Below, piece after piece: positions 19,049 through 27,987 of a DNA stretch of 52,079 bases. The notes under the pieces are model-generated. The model saw only the letters and a program-made list of their open reading frames with translations. It did no database searches and was not told where the DNA came from. Numbering within the stretch: position 1 is the stretch's first letter; every line of letters starts with the position of its first letter. The stretch is from Gemmatales bacterium (GTDB lineage Bacteria > Planctomycetota > Planctomycetia > Gemmatales > Gemmataceae): contig JBBRLG010000001.1 in assembly GCA_038231495.1 (NCBI GenBank), forward strand, positions 1 to 52,079, given 5' to 3'. The position numbers were made by a program, and so were the translations under genes.

Positions 19049-20650
19049 CTAACATGGCAAAACGTCCGGACGGCCCCTTCGCCAAGCGGTAAGGCAGCGG
19101 ATTGCAAATCCGCCATCCCCGGTTCGATCCCGGGAGGGGCCTCTTTCTGTCAACCCGTCTCGAACGGTCTCAATCGCTCTCAAGTCTCTTTCGCCATCAG
19201 GGGTTAGGGCCGCGGCCTCCGCGCCGGACTCCGTATCAAGAAGCCTCATCCCCTCTCGTCCAATATCAGCCGTTTGTGCAACACTTGTGCAACGCTCAGT
19301 GCAACGCCAGGCAGCGCTGGTGTCGGTCCCGGTTGCCCGCAATGTCTCGAATTCTGCTTTCGGGCCTGGCAGGGGCGGCAGTTTTCCAACGCCGGCCGCT
19401 GTGTCGTGCAAGCCAACGTGCGAGTAACGGTCCATCGTTAGCGTGATGGTGGAGTGGCGCGCGAGTTCCTGGGCAACCTTCGGTGAGACACCAGACCGCG
19501 CCAGGTTGGAAATGAAGGTGTGCCGCAATGCATGGAAGTCGGCAAAGCGGCCGTCGGCGTTTTGGTACGAGAGAAAATCCGATGCTTCGCGGTGTTCTCG
19601 CTCCGTGGCGTTGCCTTTGGCCTCAGCAATCCACGCCTTGCGCGCCGCGGCGAGGTCTGCCTGCATCAACTCGGCAGCTTTGAAAGAACTTGCCCATTTC
19701 CCTGGCCAGAGCAAGCCGTCCCGCCCTGCCAACCATTCCCGCAGCCGGCGCACGAGGTCGGGGTGTAGCGGAAGCACGTCTTGCCGCTTGCGCTTGCTGT
19801 ATGCGGCCTCGACGATCACGGTAGGCGGAATCGCGTCCAAGTCGAAGGACTCCGGCGTAAGGCTCGCCAGTTCGGAAGCACGCAAGCCCGTGTAAAGGGA
19901 GGTCGTGTAGAGCATCGCGCGATCAGGACCACACAGATTCCGCCGGTTTGGTCCCGGTCGCGTCGCTTCAAGGAGCCGGGCCACTTCGTCGGCGGCCAAG
20001 TCGCGCCGGTCGTGCCGACGGTCGGTATCCACGTTTCCGCCGGACAAGTGCGCCAGGGGGCTATCCGCCGCGCGGCGGTCCTTTACCAGCCACCGGCAGA
20101 ACCCTTTAACGGCGGTCAAGTGATAGTTCGCCGTCTGGACAGAGCGGCCTTGCTTGTAGGTCCGGCCGCGCGTATCCGTCCAGCCCTCGGCAAGAAGGTC
20201 GGCAAGAAACTGCTGGACCGCGGACGCTGACAGGTCCGCGAGGAATACGAACCCGCAACCGTCGAACACGCGGCGGGCACGGCTTGTGGACAGCTTGGCG
20301 TGCTTGCCAGTGCGACCGCGCGCTTTCATGTCAGCTTCCCAATCGTCGAGATGCTGCGTCAGGGGCGTCTTGCGGTGTTGCTCGAACGGATCGACGATGC
20401 CGATCTTCGCATTCTCGTTCTTGTTGACCAGGGCCGCAAGCATTTGCTGTGCGACGGTCTTGTTCGCTGACAACGGCACACGATGAAGTTCGCCGCTGGC
20501 GTCGGTGTAACTACCGTACCACTTCTTCGCCTTGGCCTTCTTCTTGACCGCTCCCGCAGTGGCCGCAGTAACTCGCGTCCCGTCTGACGTGCGGGTCGAA
20601 CCGCTGGGGAGGGTGTAACGGATGATGGTAGGCTTGAAAAGGCTGGCCAT
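19049..20650 (-). CDS. tyrosine recombinase/phage integrase
   Basis: Catalytic residues in TGLRASEL, HALRHTFISNL, ARHSTITLTMDRYSHV. The long C-terminal tail of the listed ORF runs through tRNA-Cys, so the true stop is uncertain. Confidence 0.85.
   Translation of the reverse strand: MASLFKPTIIRYTLPSGSTRTSDGTRVTAATAGAVKKKAKAKKWYGSYTDASGELHRVPLSANKTVAQQMLAALVNKNENAKIGIVDPFEQHRKTPLTQHLDDWEADMKARGRTGKHAKLSTSRARRVFDGCGFVFLADLSASAVQQFLADLLAEGWTDTRGRTYKQGRSVQTANYHLTAVKGFCRWLVKDRRAADSPLAHLSGGNVDTDRRHDRRDLAADEVARLLEATRPGPNRRNLCGPDRAMLYTTSLYTGLRASELASLTPESFDLDAIPPTVIVEAAYSKRKRQDVLPLHPDLVRRLREWLAGRDGLLWPGKWASSFKAAELMQADLAAARKAWIAEAKGNATEREHREASDFLSYQNADGRFADFHALRHTFISNLARSGVSPKVAQELARHSTITLTMDRYSHVGLHDTAAGVGKLPPLPGPKAEFETLRATGTDTSAAWRCTERCTSVAQTADIGREGMRLLDTESGAEAAALTPDGERDLRAIETVRDGLTERGPSRDRTGDGGFAIRCLTAWRRGRPDVLPC
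19072..19142 (+). tRNA. tRNA-Cys (anticodon GCA)
   Basis: GGCCCCT-TC-GCC-AAGCGGTAA-GGC-A-GCGGA-TTGCAAA-TCCGC-CATC-CCCGG-TTCGATC-CCGGG-AGGGGCC-T. Confidence 0.92.
19093..19142 (+). repeat. attL: 50-bp 3' part of tRNA-Cys, repeated perfectly at 49308-49357
   Basis: Checked base by base. Identity stops on both sides (A vs C upstream, C vs T downstream). Confidence 0.9.
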
Positions 20651-20684
20651 TGTTGGTTTCTCGAAAGGCGCTTAAGTCAGTTGT

Positions 20685-20945
20685 TCACTTCTTCCGTTTG
20701 CTTGCGGGCTTTTTCGCCTTTGCTTGCGGGCGGGCGGGCGGCGCGTCCTCGACGCAATCGGCAAACGCTTCCACGCTCACGCCCAGCGCGGCGGCCAGCT
20801 TGAACGCGGAGCGCAAGCCGGGTTCCTTCTTCCCCTGCTCGTAGTCCCGAATCACTCCGAGACTCAAGCCACTCCCAAGCGACAAGGCGGCTTGCGTCAA
20901 GCCGGCCTTCTCGCGCAACTGCTGCAATTTCTCGGCAAACGTCAT
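20685..20945 (-). CDS. XRE-family HTH transcriptional regulator
   Basis: FAEKLQQLREKAGLTQAALSLGSGLSLGVIRDYEQGKKEP is a classic Cro/CI-type HTH, followed by a basic tail. Confidence 0.8.
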   Translation of the reverse strand: MTFAEKLQQLREKAGLTQAALSLGSGLSLGVIRDYEQGKKEPGLRSAFKLAAALGVSVEAFADCVEDAPPARPQAKAKKPASKRKK

Positions 20946-21121
20946 GTCTCAACCCCCGGTTTAATGTACTGCAAGTATTGTACCGCGAAAGCAGTAGGTT
21001 GCAAGCTAAGAATCCTGCCAAATTCTGCGAACTTTCTTCTACTGCTATTGCATTACTACTGCTTTAGCATTACAATACCCTTGTCAGTTGAACGGCACAA
21101 CCAACCCAAGGGAGAACGAAC
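20946..21121. promoter_or_regulatory. AT-rich divergent promoter/operator region (XRE <-> SWIM gene)
   Basis: Clearly lower GC than the flanks. The hexamer TACTGC occurs at 20967, 21040 and 21057, with its inverse GCAGTA at 20991. GCATTAC is duplicated. Confidence 0.4.
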
Positions 21122-21485
21122 CATGACCGCGACGAAAACGACGAAAGCCCGCAAGCAACGCAAGCTGCAACCCGTCCACGGCAAGTGCCGTTGGATCGGC
21201 GGCAACCCGACGCCGGCCCAATTGGACAACGGCGCGGCCATGCTCCTGATCGTGCCAGAAGACAAGGAACCGCAAGCGTACCACGTCGAAAGGTTGCGGG
21301 ACGCCGACGGCCGCACGGTCGGCTATCGGCTGGTCAAGGCCGGCCTGGACGCGACCAGCTACGACATTAACGCGGCGACGTGGACGTGCGATTGTCCCGA
21401 CGCGATTTACAACGACGCTCGCCCCGGTGGTTGCAAGCACGCCAACGCCGTGCGTGCGGCTCTGACGCGGGCGGGCTTGCTGTAA
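21122..21485 (+). CDS. SWIM zinc-finger protein
   Basis: ATG 21122 is preceded by AAGGGAGAA. CDCPDAIYNDARPGGCKHANAV fits the SWIM CxCx(n)CxH signature. Confidence 0.6.
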
Positions 21486-21557
21486 CAGAAACCACGGGAG
21501 GGCGAATCGCCCCGCTCTCCCCTTTGTTCTTCCCTCAACCCGAACGGAACCCGTCCC

Positions 21558-21785
21558 ATGACGACGAAACCGAAAATTTTTCCGTCCGCTTCCGAAACCG
21601 AATGGCAGGACGGTGCGCCGTCGTGCGTAGCCGTGGAAAGTGTCCTCATCGACGTTCGCACCTATCGGCGTCTCGCCTGCGCCGGGTGCGGCAAGCGCGG
21701 CATGAAAGTCGTTCCGCAGCATTGCGGCAGCCGGTATCGCCTCTTGTGCAGCTGCCGAATCTGTCGGCATCGGGAAACGATGTAA
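21558..21785 (+). CDS. small Cys-rich hypothetical protein
   Basis: CAGCGKRG...CSCRICRH suggests a zinc ribbon. ORF only. Confidence 0.4.
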   Translation: MTTKPKIFPSASETEWQDGAPSCVAVESVLIDVRTYRRLACAGCGKRGMKVVPQHCGSRYRLLCSCRICRHRETM

Positions 21786-21801
21786 CCCGCACGGCATTTC
21801 T

Positions 21802-21844
21802 GCGAAACCCCTTGCGGCCCTCGGAACCGCAAGGGGTTTTGCGT
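21802..21844. terminator. bidirectional stem-loop between convergent genes
   Basis: AAACCCCTTGCGG-(9 nt)-CCGCAAGGGGTTT followed by TGCGTTTTGG. Confidence 0.6.
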
Positions 21845-21855
21845 TTTGGGTCCGG

Positions 21856-22536
21856 TTAGTCCCACGGCGTCGGTCCTGGGAAATTGTTGAATACCCCTTC
21901 GGGCGCGTCCAGCACGTTGATGTGGTTACCGTCGGTGAAGCCCAGCATCTCGCCATATTCGCCGTAACCCTCATTGCCCAGCCAGGCCGCCATTGCCACG
22001 GCAAGAACAAGGTCGTCGTGCGGCCTCTCCCGCCAGGATTCAATATCCGCGCCCGCTGCGAGGGTAATCTTCGCATTGAAGTTGGGGAGTTCCTTCGCCA
22101 ACAACGCCGCGTGCTTTAGCTCCTTGGCAATTTTGATCCGGCCCGACTGGAACAGCACCTTCAACACGGCAACAAGGTCTTTCTTCGGAACGAGGTGGTT
22201 GCCGTCTTCGTCCTTGCTCGCAAGGTGACCCGCCGTGATGAGGATGCGGTAAAAAGGGCCGTTCCCCTCAATCCTCCGGCGCTGGAACATCTGGAAAACG
22301 GCCTTGCCCACGCCGGTATGGTCGATGGCCAGAGGCGCGCCGATGAGCGGTGGTGTTGCCATCAGTTTGAGGGTTTCCGTTACCACGTCGCCGTAGGGCG
22401 TGCTTAGCTCGAACCGTTGCAGGTGGACAACGGAATAAACCGCCTGGTCGCGGTGGCCGGTCTTTTCCAGAACGGCCAGGGCGCTCGGGTCCGTCGTCTG
22501 GCCGATGTCGATGCCGGCCAGGAAATGGGTGGTCAT
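21856..22536 (-). CDS. stand-alone terminase-large-subunit nuclease-domain paralog
   Basis: MTTHFLAGIDIGQTTDPSALAVL plus HDDLVLAVAMAAW. It aligns by eye along its length with the ORF at 22615-23295 (e.g. HLQRFELSTPYGDVV vs HLHRWKLGTPYTQIV; VPKKDLVAVL vs VPKKDLVAIM). Confidence 0.55.
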   Translation of the reverse strand: MTTHFLAGIDIGQTTDPSALAVLEKTGHRDQAVYSVVHLQRFELSTPYGDVVTETLKLMATPPLIGAPLAIDHTGVGKAVFQMFQRRRIEGNGPFYRILITAGHLASKDEDGNHLVPKKDLVAVLKVLFQSGRIKIAKELKHAALLAKELPNFNAKITLAAGADIESWRERPHDDLVLAVAMAAWLGNEGYGEYGEMLGFTDGNHINVLDAPEGVFNNFPGPTPWD

Positions 22537-22614
22537 GTCACGCCTCGAAGAACAACGCTTGCATGAAACGCCAGACCAGGAAACCATCTGCCTGATTGAT
22601 TTGTAACCGCACGT

Positions 22615-23295
22615 TTACAACCGCCCAGAATCCCATGCCGGACGGCATAGACTGCGGTATCCGCGGCCGAAAGTAAACGCCATTGGCGGCGGCCCCGGCG
22701 GGGGATGCCGCTCGCCATACCAGCACGCCAGCGCGACGGCGAGAACCAAATCGTCGTGGTCTCGTTCGCGCCAGCTTTCCAGCGTCTCGTTGCCAGTGGC
22801 CAAGTTCACCTTCACGCGGAAGTTGACCAGTTCCCGCCCAAGCGCGGCGGCGTCCGGCAGCGTCGGCGCGATCTGAAATCGACCGGCTTGCACCAGCGTT
22901 TGCATGATCGCAACAAGGTCTTTCTTCGGGACCGACCAACCGCCTCCGGGCTGGGGACTGACGGCGTGTCCGCCGTGGATGACCACGGGCTTGAGTTCCA
23001 TCGGCAAGTTTGCGGCGGCGATCATGTCCACCACGGGGCGGCCGCAACCCGTGGCGTCCACGGCGATGGGACAACCCGGCAACGGCGGGCGGGCGGCCAA
23101 TTGGCTCAAGTCCATCACGATCTGCGTGTAGGGTGTGCCAAGTTTCCAGCGGTGCAAATGGCGGACGGCGTAGTGCCTCACCATGCGGCCGGATTCTTCG
23201 GGGTGAGGCTTTTCCGTGCGCTCGACGATGCAAAGGGCGGTGTAGTCCTGCGCCTGTCCCAGGTCCAGGCCGGCGATGTAGTCGGTGGCGTCCAT
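22615..23295 (-). CDS. terminase large subunit, nuclease (RNase H-fold) half
   Basis: YIAGLDLGQAQDYTALCIV...ESWRERDHDDLVLAVALACW. It lies in the same frame as, and immediately after, the TGA that ends the ATPase half. Confidence 0.6.
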   Translation of the reverse strand: MDATDYIAGLDLGQAQDYTALCIVERTEKPHPEESGRMVRHYAVRHLHRWKLGTPYTQIVMDLSQLAARPPLPGCPIAVDATGCGRPVVDMIAAANLPMELKPVVIHGGHAVSPQPGGGWSVPKKDLVAIMQTLVQAGRFQIAPTLPDAAALGRELVNFRVKVNLATGNETLESWRERDHDDLVLAVALACWYGERHPPPGPPPMAFTFGRGYRSLCRPAWDSGRL

Positions 23296-23298
23296 CAA

Positions 23299-23940
23299 TC
23301 ACCCTCCCGTCGGGAACAGGGGTTTCAGGTCGTTCGCCATCGCCCGCCGAATTTCGTCCTCGGTAAACAGTGCGTCAATGGCGTCGCCGAACTCGCACAT
23401 ATACTCCATCGCGAACCAGCGCGGTCCCAAGACCTCTTCCTCTTCGCGCAGAAAGGCCGCACTGATCCGGGGGCAGTCGCGGGCGGTAACGCGGATGCGG
23501 TGCCACGCGCCCGCCCCCTGCCACGCCTCGAAGAACCAACCGACCTTGGCCCACGCCGACGAAAGGGCGATCAAGCGCCCGCGGCTCACGGCCAACATGG
23601 GGCGAATGGCGAAGTACAAAGGGTCGGGCACGCGGGCGGCCTCATCGATTACCAGCAACTTCACGGCGGAAAAACTGCGAACGGTGGTTTCCGTTCCGGG
23701 TAGACTCTCGATGCGCGAACCGTTCGCCAGTTCAAGGCGGGTCGCGTTCTCTCTGGCCTTGGCGTTGGCGACCGGCTTGCCGAGACGGTTCCAAAGGTCG
23801 ATCACCTTGCGGAACAATGCCAGGCCGGCGCAGGTCTGGCTCTTCCCCGATTGGCGGGAAGCAAGGAGTAGCGTGCGCTGCGGGACCGACCGGAGCAACT
23901 CCGCCTGCCACGGGTCGGGGCGCAGGTCAGCGTCCGCCAA
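23299..23940 (-). CDS. terminase large subunit, ATPase half
   Basis: PDPWQAELL, Walker A LASRQSGKS, Walker B LLVIDEAARV. TTG start overlaps the upstream TerS-like gene. Confidence 0.65.
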   Translation of the reverse strand: MADADLRPDPWQAELLRSVPQRTLLLASRQSGKSQTCAGLALFRKVIDLWNRLGKPVANAKARENATRLELANGSRIESLPGTETTVRSFSAVKLLVIDEAARVPDPLYFAIRPMLAVSRGRLIALSSAWAKVGWFFEAWQGAGAWHRIRVTARDCPRISAAFLREEEEVLGPRWFAMEYMCEFGDAIDALFTEDEIRRAMANDLKPLFPTGG

Positions 23941-24487
23941 AATTCTCGTCGCGTCGATCTAAAAGCGGTCCGTCGCCGTCGGGCGGCCCGTCAGGATGCG
24001 GTTCTCCACTTGTCGCGCCCACGCGGGCATAGAGGTTCGCAAGGGCGGCGGCGCGATCGGCGTCGGAAAGCTCACCATGCTCTTTGCTCCCGTCCGGGTT
24101 CGTGGGTGCGATCTTCGTCGGGGGGAACAGCCCTTGAAGTTTCGCCTCGCTGTCAAGCACCGACAGCGCCGCGCGAATGTCCCCCTGGCTAACGGCCTTT
24201 GCGAAGAGATTCCGGCGTTGGGCAAGGTGCCGTTGCGCCAACCGCTTCCGGGATGACCGGCACGATTCCGCAATCATCTTGTTCGCCAACGAGAGGTAGC
24301 GCCATAAGGTCTTGTCGCTGAGCGGCTTTTCGCCTTCGGCCAGCGTCCAAACGGTGTCCGCCGTGGCCTCTTGCTCCCTCACAAATTCCCGCACGTTCCA
24401 GAACTCGGCACCGTCGAGCCGAATCTGCAACAGGTCTTCTACTCTTCGCGCGATTTGCGCTTTAGTCGCTCTCTGTTTTCCCTGCAT
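23927..24487 (-). CDS. putative terminase small subunit
   Basis: Position directly upstream of TerL. HTH-like N-terminus. RRNLFAKAVSQGDIRAALSVLDSEAKLQGLF resembles TerS oligomerisation regions. From memory only. Confidence 0.4.
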   Translation of the reverse strand: MQGKQRATKAQIARRVEDLLQIRLDGAEFWNVREFVREQEATADTVWTLAEGEKPLSDKTLWRYLSLANKMIAESCRSSRKRLAQRHLAQRRNLFAKAVSQGDIRAALSVLDSEAKLQGLFPPTKIAPTNPDGSKEHGELSDADRAAALANLYARVGATSGEPHPDGPPDGDGPLLDRRDENFGGR

Positions 24488-25096
24488 AGCGGCTCACCAG
24501 CGCTTCCATCCAACCCGAATGCCAGGCATGAAGTCCCGCGTCGTTGATTAGCGCGAACTGTTCGCGTGCGCTGCCGTTGGAACAGCAATTTGCCGAACCC
24601 TCGATCACGAAGCGCGTCCCGTCCGCGAACGCCAACGTCATCACCTTGCAATGCGACGGGCAGCAAACGGCCGCTGTCCTCGACGGCGGAACTCCTCAAC
24701 GGTTTCGCTCCACAAGCCGCCGTTGTGACTCCGAAAGAAGATCGAAGCGATTAGCGCCAGGTCGCCGATGCCGTTGGAATCCAACCACTGCAACATCGTC
24801 TTGAAGTTGCGCCGGTTGTACCCCAGCGTGCAAATTATCGCCTTGTCGCACCGTCCCCGCTTTTCGAGCAAGGCGTTCAAAACGTCGGTCATGTCCAGCC
24901 GGGCCGTCATAATCGCGTGAAGGCTTTCACCGGGTTCGGGCAGGTGGGCGAGCGTTTCCTTCGCTTCGCGGATTCCTGCCGCTCGCCGTACCTGCAAGCG
25001 CACAAGCGCCGGCGTCGGCAAGCCTTCGCCGTTGTCGTTGTCCTCGGCGTCGGGCCTGGTGCCGAAGCGTGGCTTGCGGACATTGAACCGCGCCAT
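24462..25096 (-). pseudogene. PLD/Nuc-like (HKD-type) protein, frameshifted
   Basis: Frame 1 (25096->24641) ends ...SHNGGLWSETVEEFRRRG. A second frame continues with SHCKVMTLAFADGTRFVIEGSANCCSN (HxK...GSxN), down to 24462. The shift lies around 24660-24700. Confidence 0.5.
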
Positions 25097-25101
25097 GGGG
25101 C

Positions 25102-25245
25102 ATTACCGCCTTTTGCCCGTCGTGTAGGCGGTCCAGGCGTTTGACTTTGTGCCCTTTCCCGCCTTGCGGCTCTTGCCATTGGGTTTTGCTTTGGAGCGAA
25201 CATTCGCCCCGAAACTAAAGGACGTATCCACCTTGGGCTTTGCCA
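25102..25245 (-). CDS. small basic protein (47 aa; below the ORF-track cut-off)
   Basis: ATG 25245 is preceded by AGGAAGGAAGG. MAKPKVDTSFSFGANVRSKAKPNGKSRKAGKGTKSNAWTAYTTGKRR. Its stop is 3 nt from the next ATG. Confidence 0.35.
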
Positions 25246-25406
25246 TGATGCACCTTCCTTCCTCTCAAAATAAACCGTGGGTAAACGAAAAAAGCTCGCA
25301 ATCTCATTGTATCTGAAACTTCTGAAATCATTGATAAGTTAATCACAGCCGAATGCCGATTTAGCGTCCACGCCTTTCGTGTTGGCAGCCCTCGTGTTTG
25401 GTGGGT

Positions 25407-25495
25407 CAGTGACGGTAGGTGACGGTAATCCGAGAAGTTTCTTTCACACGCCCGCGCGGAGAATATCCCCGGAAGACCGTCACCTACCGTCACTG
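25407..25495. other. candidate replication origin / iteron pair
   Basis: Perfect 20-bp inverted repeat CAGTGACGGTAGGTGACGGT (25407-25426) / ACCGTCACCTACCGTCACTG (25476-25495). Each arm holds two direct GTGACGGTA 9-mers. Next to an AT-rich tract (about 25260-25400), immediately 3' of the primase gene. Confidence 0.45.
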
Positions 25496-27987
25496 GCCAT
25501 ACTTGCTTGCAACCCTATGCCGTGGTAGAACCAGTTGCCGCCCGTGCCACGTTCGCTCTTGAAGCCTTTACCGTTCATGTAGTTACGAAATGCGGCAGCC
25601 GTCATTAGCTTGTCGCCAGACCAGCGTTGGTACGCTTCGTACAACAACGATGTTCTGACCTTCACGGCATCGTTGACGAAGCAGCAATCGTCAATAAAAG
25701 CATGAATCACGTCCTGTTCGGCGCGGTAAGCAGCGGTGGCCCCACTGACCTCCTCGGGTTCGGCTAGTCCGTCACGCTGCCAGTCGAGGCAGCCTTGTAT
25801 TGCCCATGCCAGGATGCCGGACGACTCGGCTTTCAGCTTGGCCAAAAGCGTCTTGTCCTTTTCGTGGTCCGGGATGGTGACAGTGAAGGGGATGAGTTTG
25901 ATGCGTCGCCAGACGGCGTAATCCGCGCCGCGCACCTGCGGCTTGTGGTTCGCGGCCAGGAAGATTTTTCCGGTCATCTCGAACTCGAAAAAGTCCTGTC
26001 GCATCTTCCGGGCCGTCACCGAATCGCCGCCCGTCAACTGCTTCATCAGGGCCTCGGCCAGTCGCTTTCCTTCATCCGTCTCGATGGTGCAAACGAATCG
26101 TTTACCGAACAAATCGGCGCGTTCAGTGGGATGGGCCTCGGTGTTCTTCGCCATCAGAAGTTCCGGCACGGCTTGATACCCGTACCCGCCAAGGATGTGC
26201 TTTGGCACGCCGAGATAGGTCGATTTGCCATTCGCGCCGCCGCCGTGGAGGAAAAACAGGCATTGCTCGCGCACGTCCCCCGTGAGGCTGTAGCCGGCTG
26301 TCCGTTGAAGGTAGGTGATTAGCGCTTGGTTGCCGTCCATGATGCGCTGCAAGAAGCGCAGCCAAAGCACGCATTGGGCGTTGGGATCGTATTCGACGGG
26401 GGCCAGTTTGGTGATGAGGTCTCTCCGCCGGTGTTCGCGGAGTTCCCCGGTTCTCAAGTCGATGGTGCCGTTACGGACATTGAGCATGAACGGGTCGCGG
26501 TCCATGTCCGCGGGCAGGATCGGTATGCCTGGCTCAGACGTGGCCAGCTGGAGACAAGCGCTGATTCGCCGCGCATCCTCCCACGACAGTAAATGCTTCA
26601 ACTTCCGCGTGAGTTGTGGTAGCTCCTTCTTGCGTTCATCCTCATCGGCGAGCTTCCCCAATTCGACGATCTGGTGCGCCACCTCACCGTACAGCGAGGT
26701 TTGCGTTTCCTTTACCAGCCGAATAGCGGCGGCGGTGTCGTCCTCGGCCCATCGCGTGCCGTCGTAGATGTACGACTTCTTGAAAGGGTGACAGTATCGC
26801 CAATCCGCGCCGTGCCGGGCGACGACGCGCCGCGAGTTGCCCAGGTCAGTTAGGTGAAACTCGCGTGGAGTAACGCAAGCGTCGGTCTGCGGTTTGGTGC
26901 CGTTCTTGGATGGCGGAGCGCCGTTCGCACCGAAGGGGCTTTTGTGTCGGCCGCCGCGTGGCTCGTAACCGCCGCTTTGACCGTCGAGCGCCTTGGAAAG
27001 CGTTCGTTCGCGGTAGTCAGGCCGGTTCCATTTTGAGCGATACAGACCGCTCTGCGCGAACAGGTCGCAAACGCGCTGACGGTCGTAGTTGCACCACCAC
27101 CCCAGGTGATTCACAAGGGCGAGGTCGGCTTCGGAGCCGGACTTGTAACCCGACGCATCTCCGTGCCATAGGGTGCGAATGCGGCCTCCGTTTTTCGAGC
27201 GAAACATTCGCTCTAGCAGGTCGGCGTCGGCCAGGTCGTGGGGCGTGCTACCGCTCCGGGAGTTGCCGTTGCTCTCCGCCTTGCGCTCTTCGCCGAATTG
27301 GTCGTTGTGGATGCGGCGCAAGGCGTCCTGGCGTGCTTCAATGGTAAGCGGCGTGCCAGGGATGTGCTGGCCGGTGACAGTGACGTAACGGCCCGTCTCG
27401 TAGTTCTCGTAGTGGCCTTTCTTCCGACCATGCCGCGGCAGCGTGCCAAGAAGGAAAAGGGGAACACCAGTTCCCGAAGGCGAAACTTCGCTGTAAGTGT
27501 TCAGGGCGTCGATGATCGCCATTGCCCACGGCTCGATGGTCCCGGTTATCGCATCGCGGCAGTGGTCGAGGTCCACGCCGATCAGGTGGAGTGGGGCGTC
27601 CACGCCCTTACTGTCCTCCGGCCCCATCTTCAATGACAGGGCAAAACCGATACCGTCGTACCTGCCTTGCCCGGTGACGGGGTCGTAGCAGTCCCGATGG
27701 TAGGCTTGAAGGGCAACGTCAAAGGGCGACCACGTTTTTCGGTTCGTGCTACTGCCCGCGCTGCCCGTGCGTGCGTTGACCGGCGGCTTATCGTAATCAA
27801 TCTCGCCGGTGTCCTTGTCAACTTCTTCCACGTACCCCCAAACAAGCCATTGGTCCTGTGCTTTTAGGAATTCGGGGATGGCGTCGGCAATTACCCGCAT
27901 CCCCTTGGGTCTGGTAGGAATATCTGCGGCAGCGGACTGGCCGTTTACTGGATCGTCGCAATTGTCGGCCTCGGCGTTTAGGGTCAT
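25480..27987 (-). CDS. P4-family primase-helicase (N-terminal primase-polymerase, D5_N-like, SF3 helicase)
   Basis: Walker A FFLHGGGANGKST. Central and C-terminal regions are typical of phage/plasmid primase P4-family proteins. ATG 27987 overlaps the upstream stop (ATGA). Confidence 0.9.
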   Translation of the reverse strand: MTLNAEADNCDDPVNGQSAAADIPTRPKGMRVIADAIPEFLKAQDQWLVWGYVEEVDKDTGEIDYDKPPVNARTGSAGSSTNRKTWSPFDVALQAYHRDCYDPVTGQGRYDGIGFALSLKMGPEDSKGVDAPLHLIGVDLDHCRDAITGTIEPWAMAIIDALNTYSEVSPSGTGVPLFLLGTLPRHGRKKGHYENYETGRYVTVTGQHIPGTPLTIEARQDALRRIHNDQFGEERKAESNGNSRSGSTPHDLADADLLERMFRSKNGGRIRTLWHGDASGYKSGSEADLALVNHLGWWCNYDRQRVCDLFAQSGLYRSKWNRPDYRERTLSKALDGQSGGYEPRGGRHKSPFGANGAPPSKNGTKPQTDACVTPREFHLTDLGNSRRVVARHGADWRYCHPFKKSYIYDGTRWAEDDTAAAIRLVKETQTSLYGEVAHQIVELGKLADEDERKKELPQLTRKLKHLLSWEDARRISACLQLATSEPGIPILPADMDRDPFMLNVRNGTIDLRTGELREHRRRDLITKLAPVEYDPNAQCVLWLRFLQRIMDGNQALITYLQRTAGYSLTGDVREQCLFFLHGGGANGKSTYLGVPKHILGGYGYQAVPELLMAKNTEAHPTERADLFGKRFVCTIETDEGKRLAEALMKQLTGGDSVTARKMRQDFFEFEMTGKIFLAANHKPQVRGADYAVWRRIKLIPFTVTIPDHEKDKTLLAKLKAESSGILAWAIQGCLDWQRDGLAEPEEVSGATAAYRAEQDVIHAFIDDCCFVNDAVKVRTSLLYEAYQRWSGDKLMTAAAFRNYMNGKGFKSERGTGGNWFYHGIGLQASMASDGR

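Noticed and set aside
19049-19142. The integrase ORF appears to extend through tRNA-Cys (tail ...RDRTGDGGFAIRCLTAW).
   Set aside because: That tail is simply the reverse translation of the tRNA. The recombinase fold ends well before it (catalytic Tyr in DRYSHV), so the overlap is probably not biological coding.
23299-23301. Programmed stop-codon recoding or selenocysteine at the TerL TGA.
   Set aside because: I saw no SECIS-like hairpin. Other lesions in the same module, and the use of both TAG and TGA as normal terminators nearby, favour decay or a genuinely split gene.
25215-25493. A 92-aa minus-strand ORF in the AT-rich region downstream of the primase gene.
   Set aside because: Its composition is atypical and it spans the inverted iteron pair. 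There is no RBS and no motif. The region is better explained as a cis-acting site.
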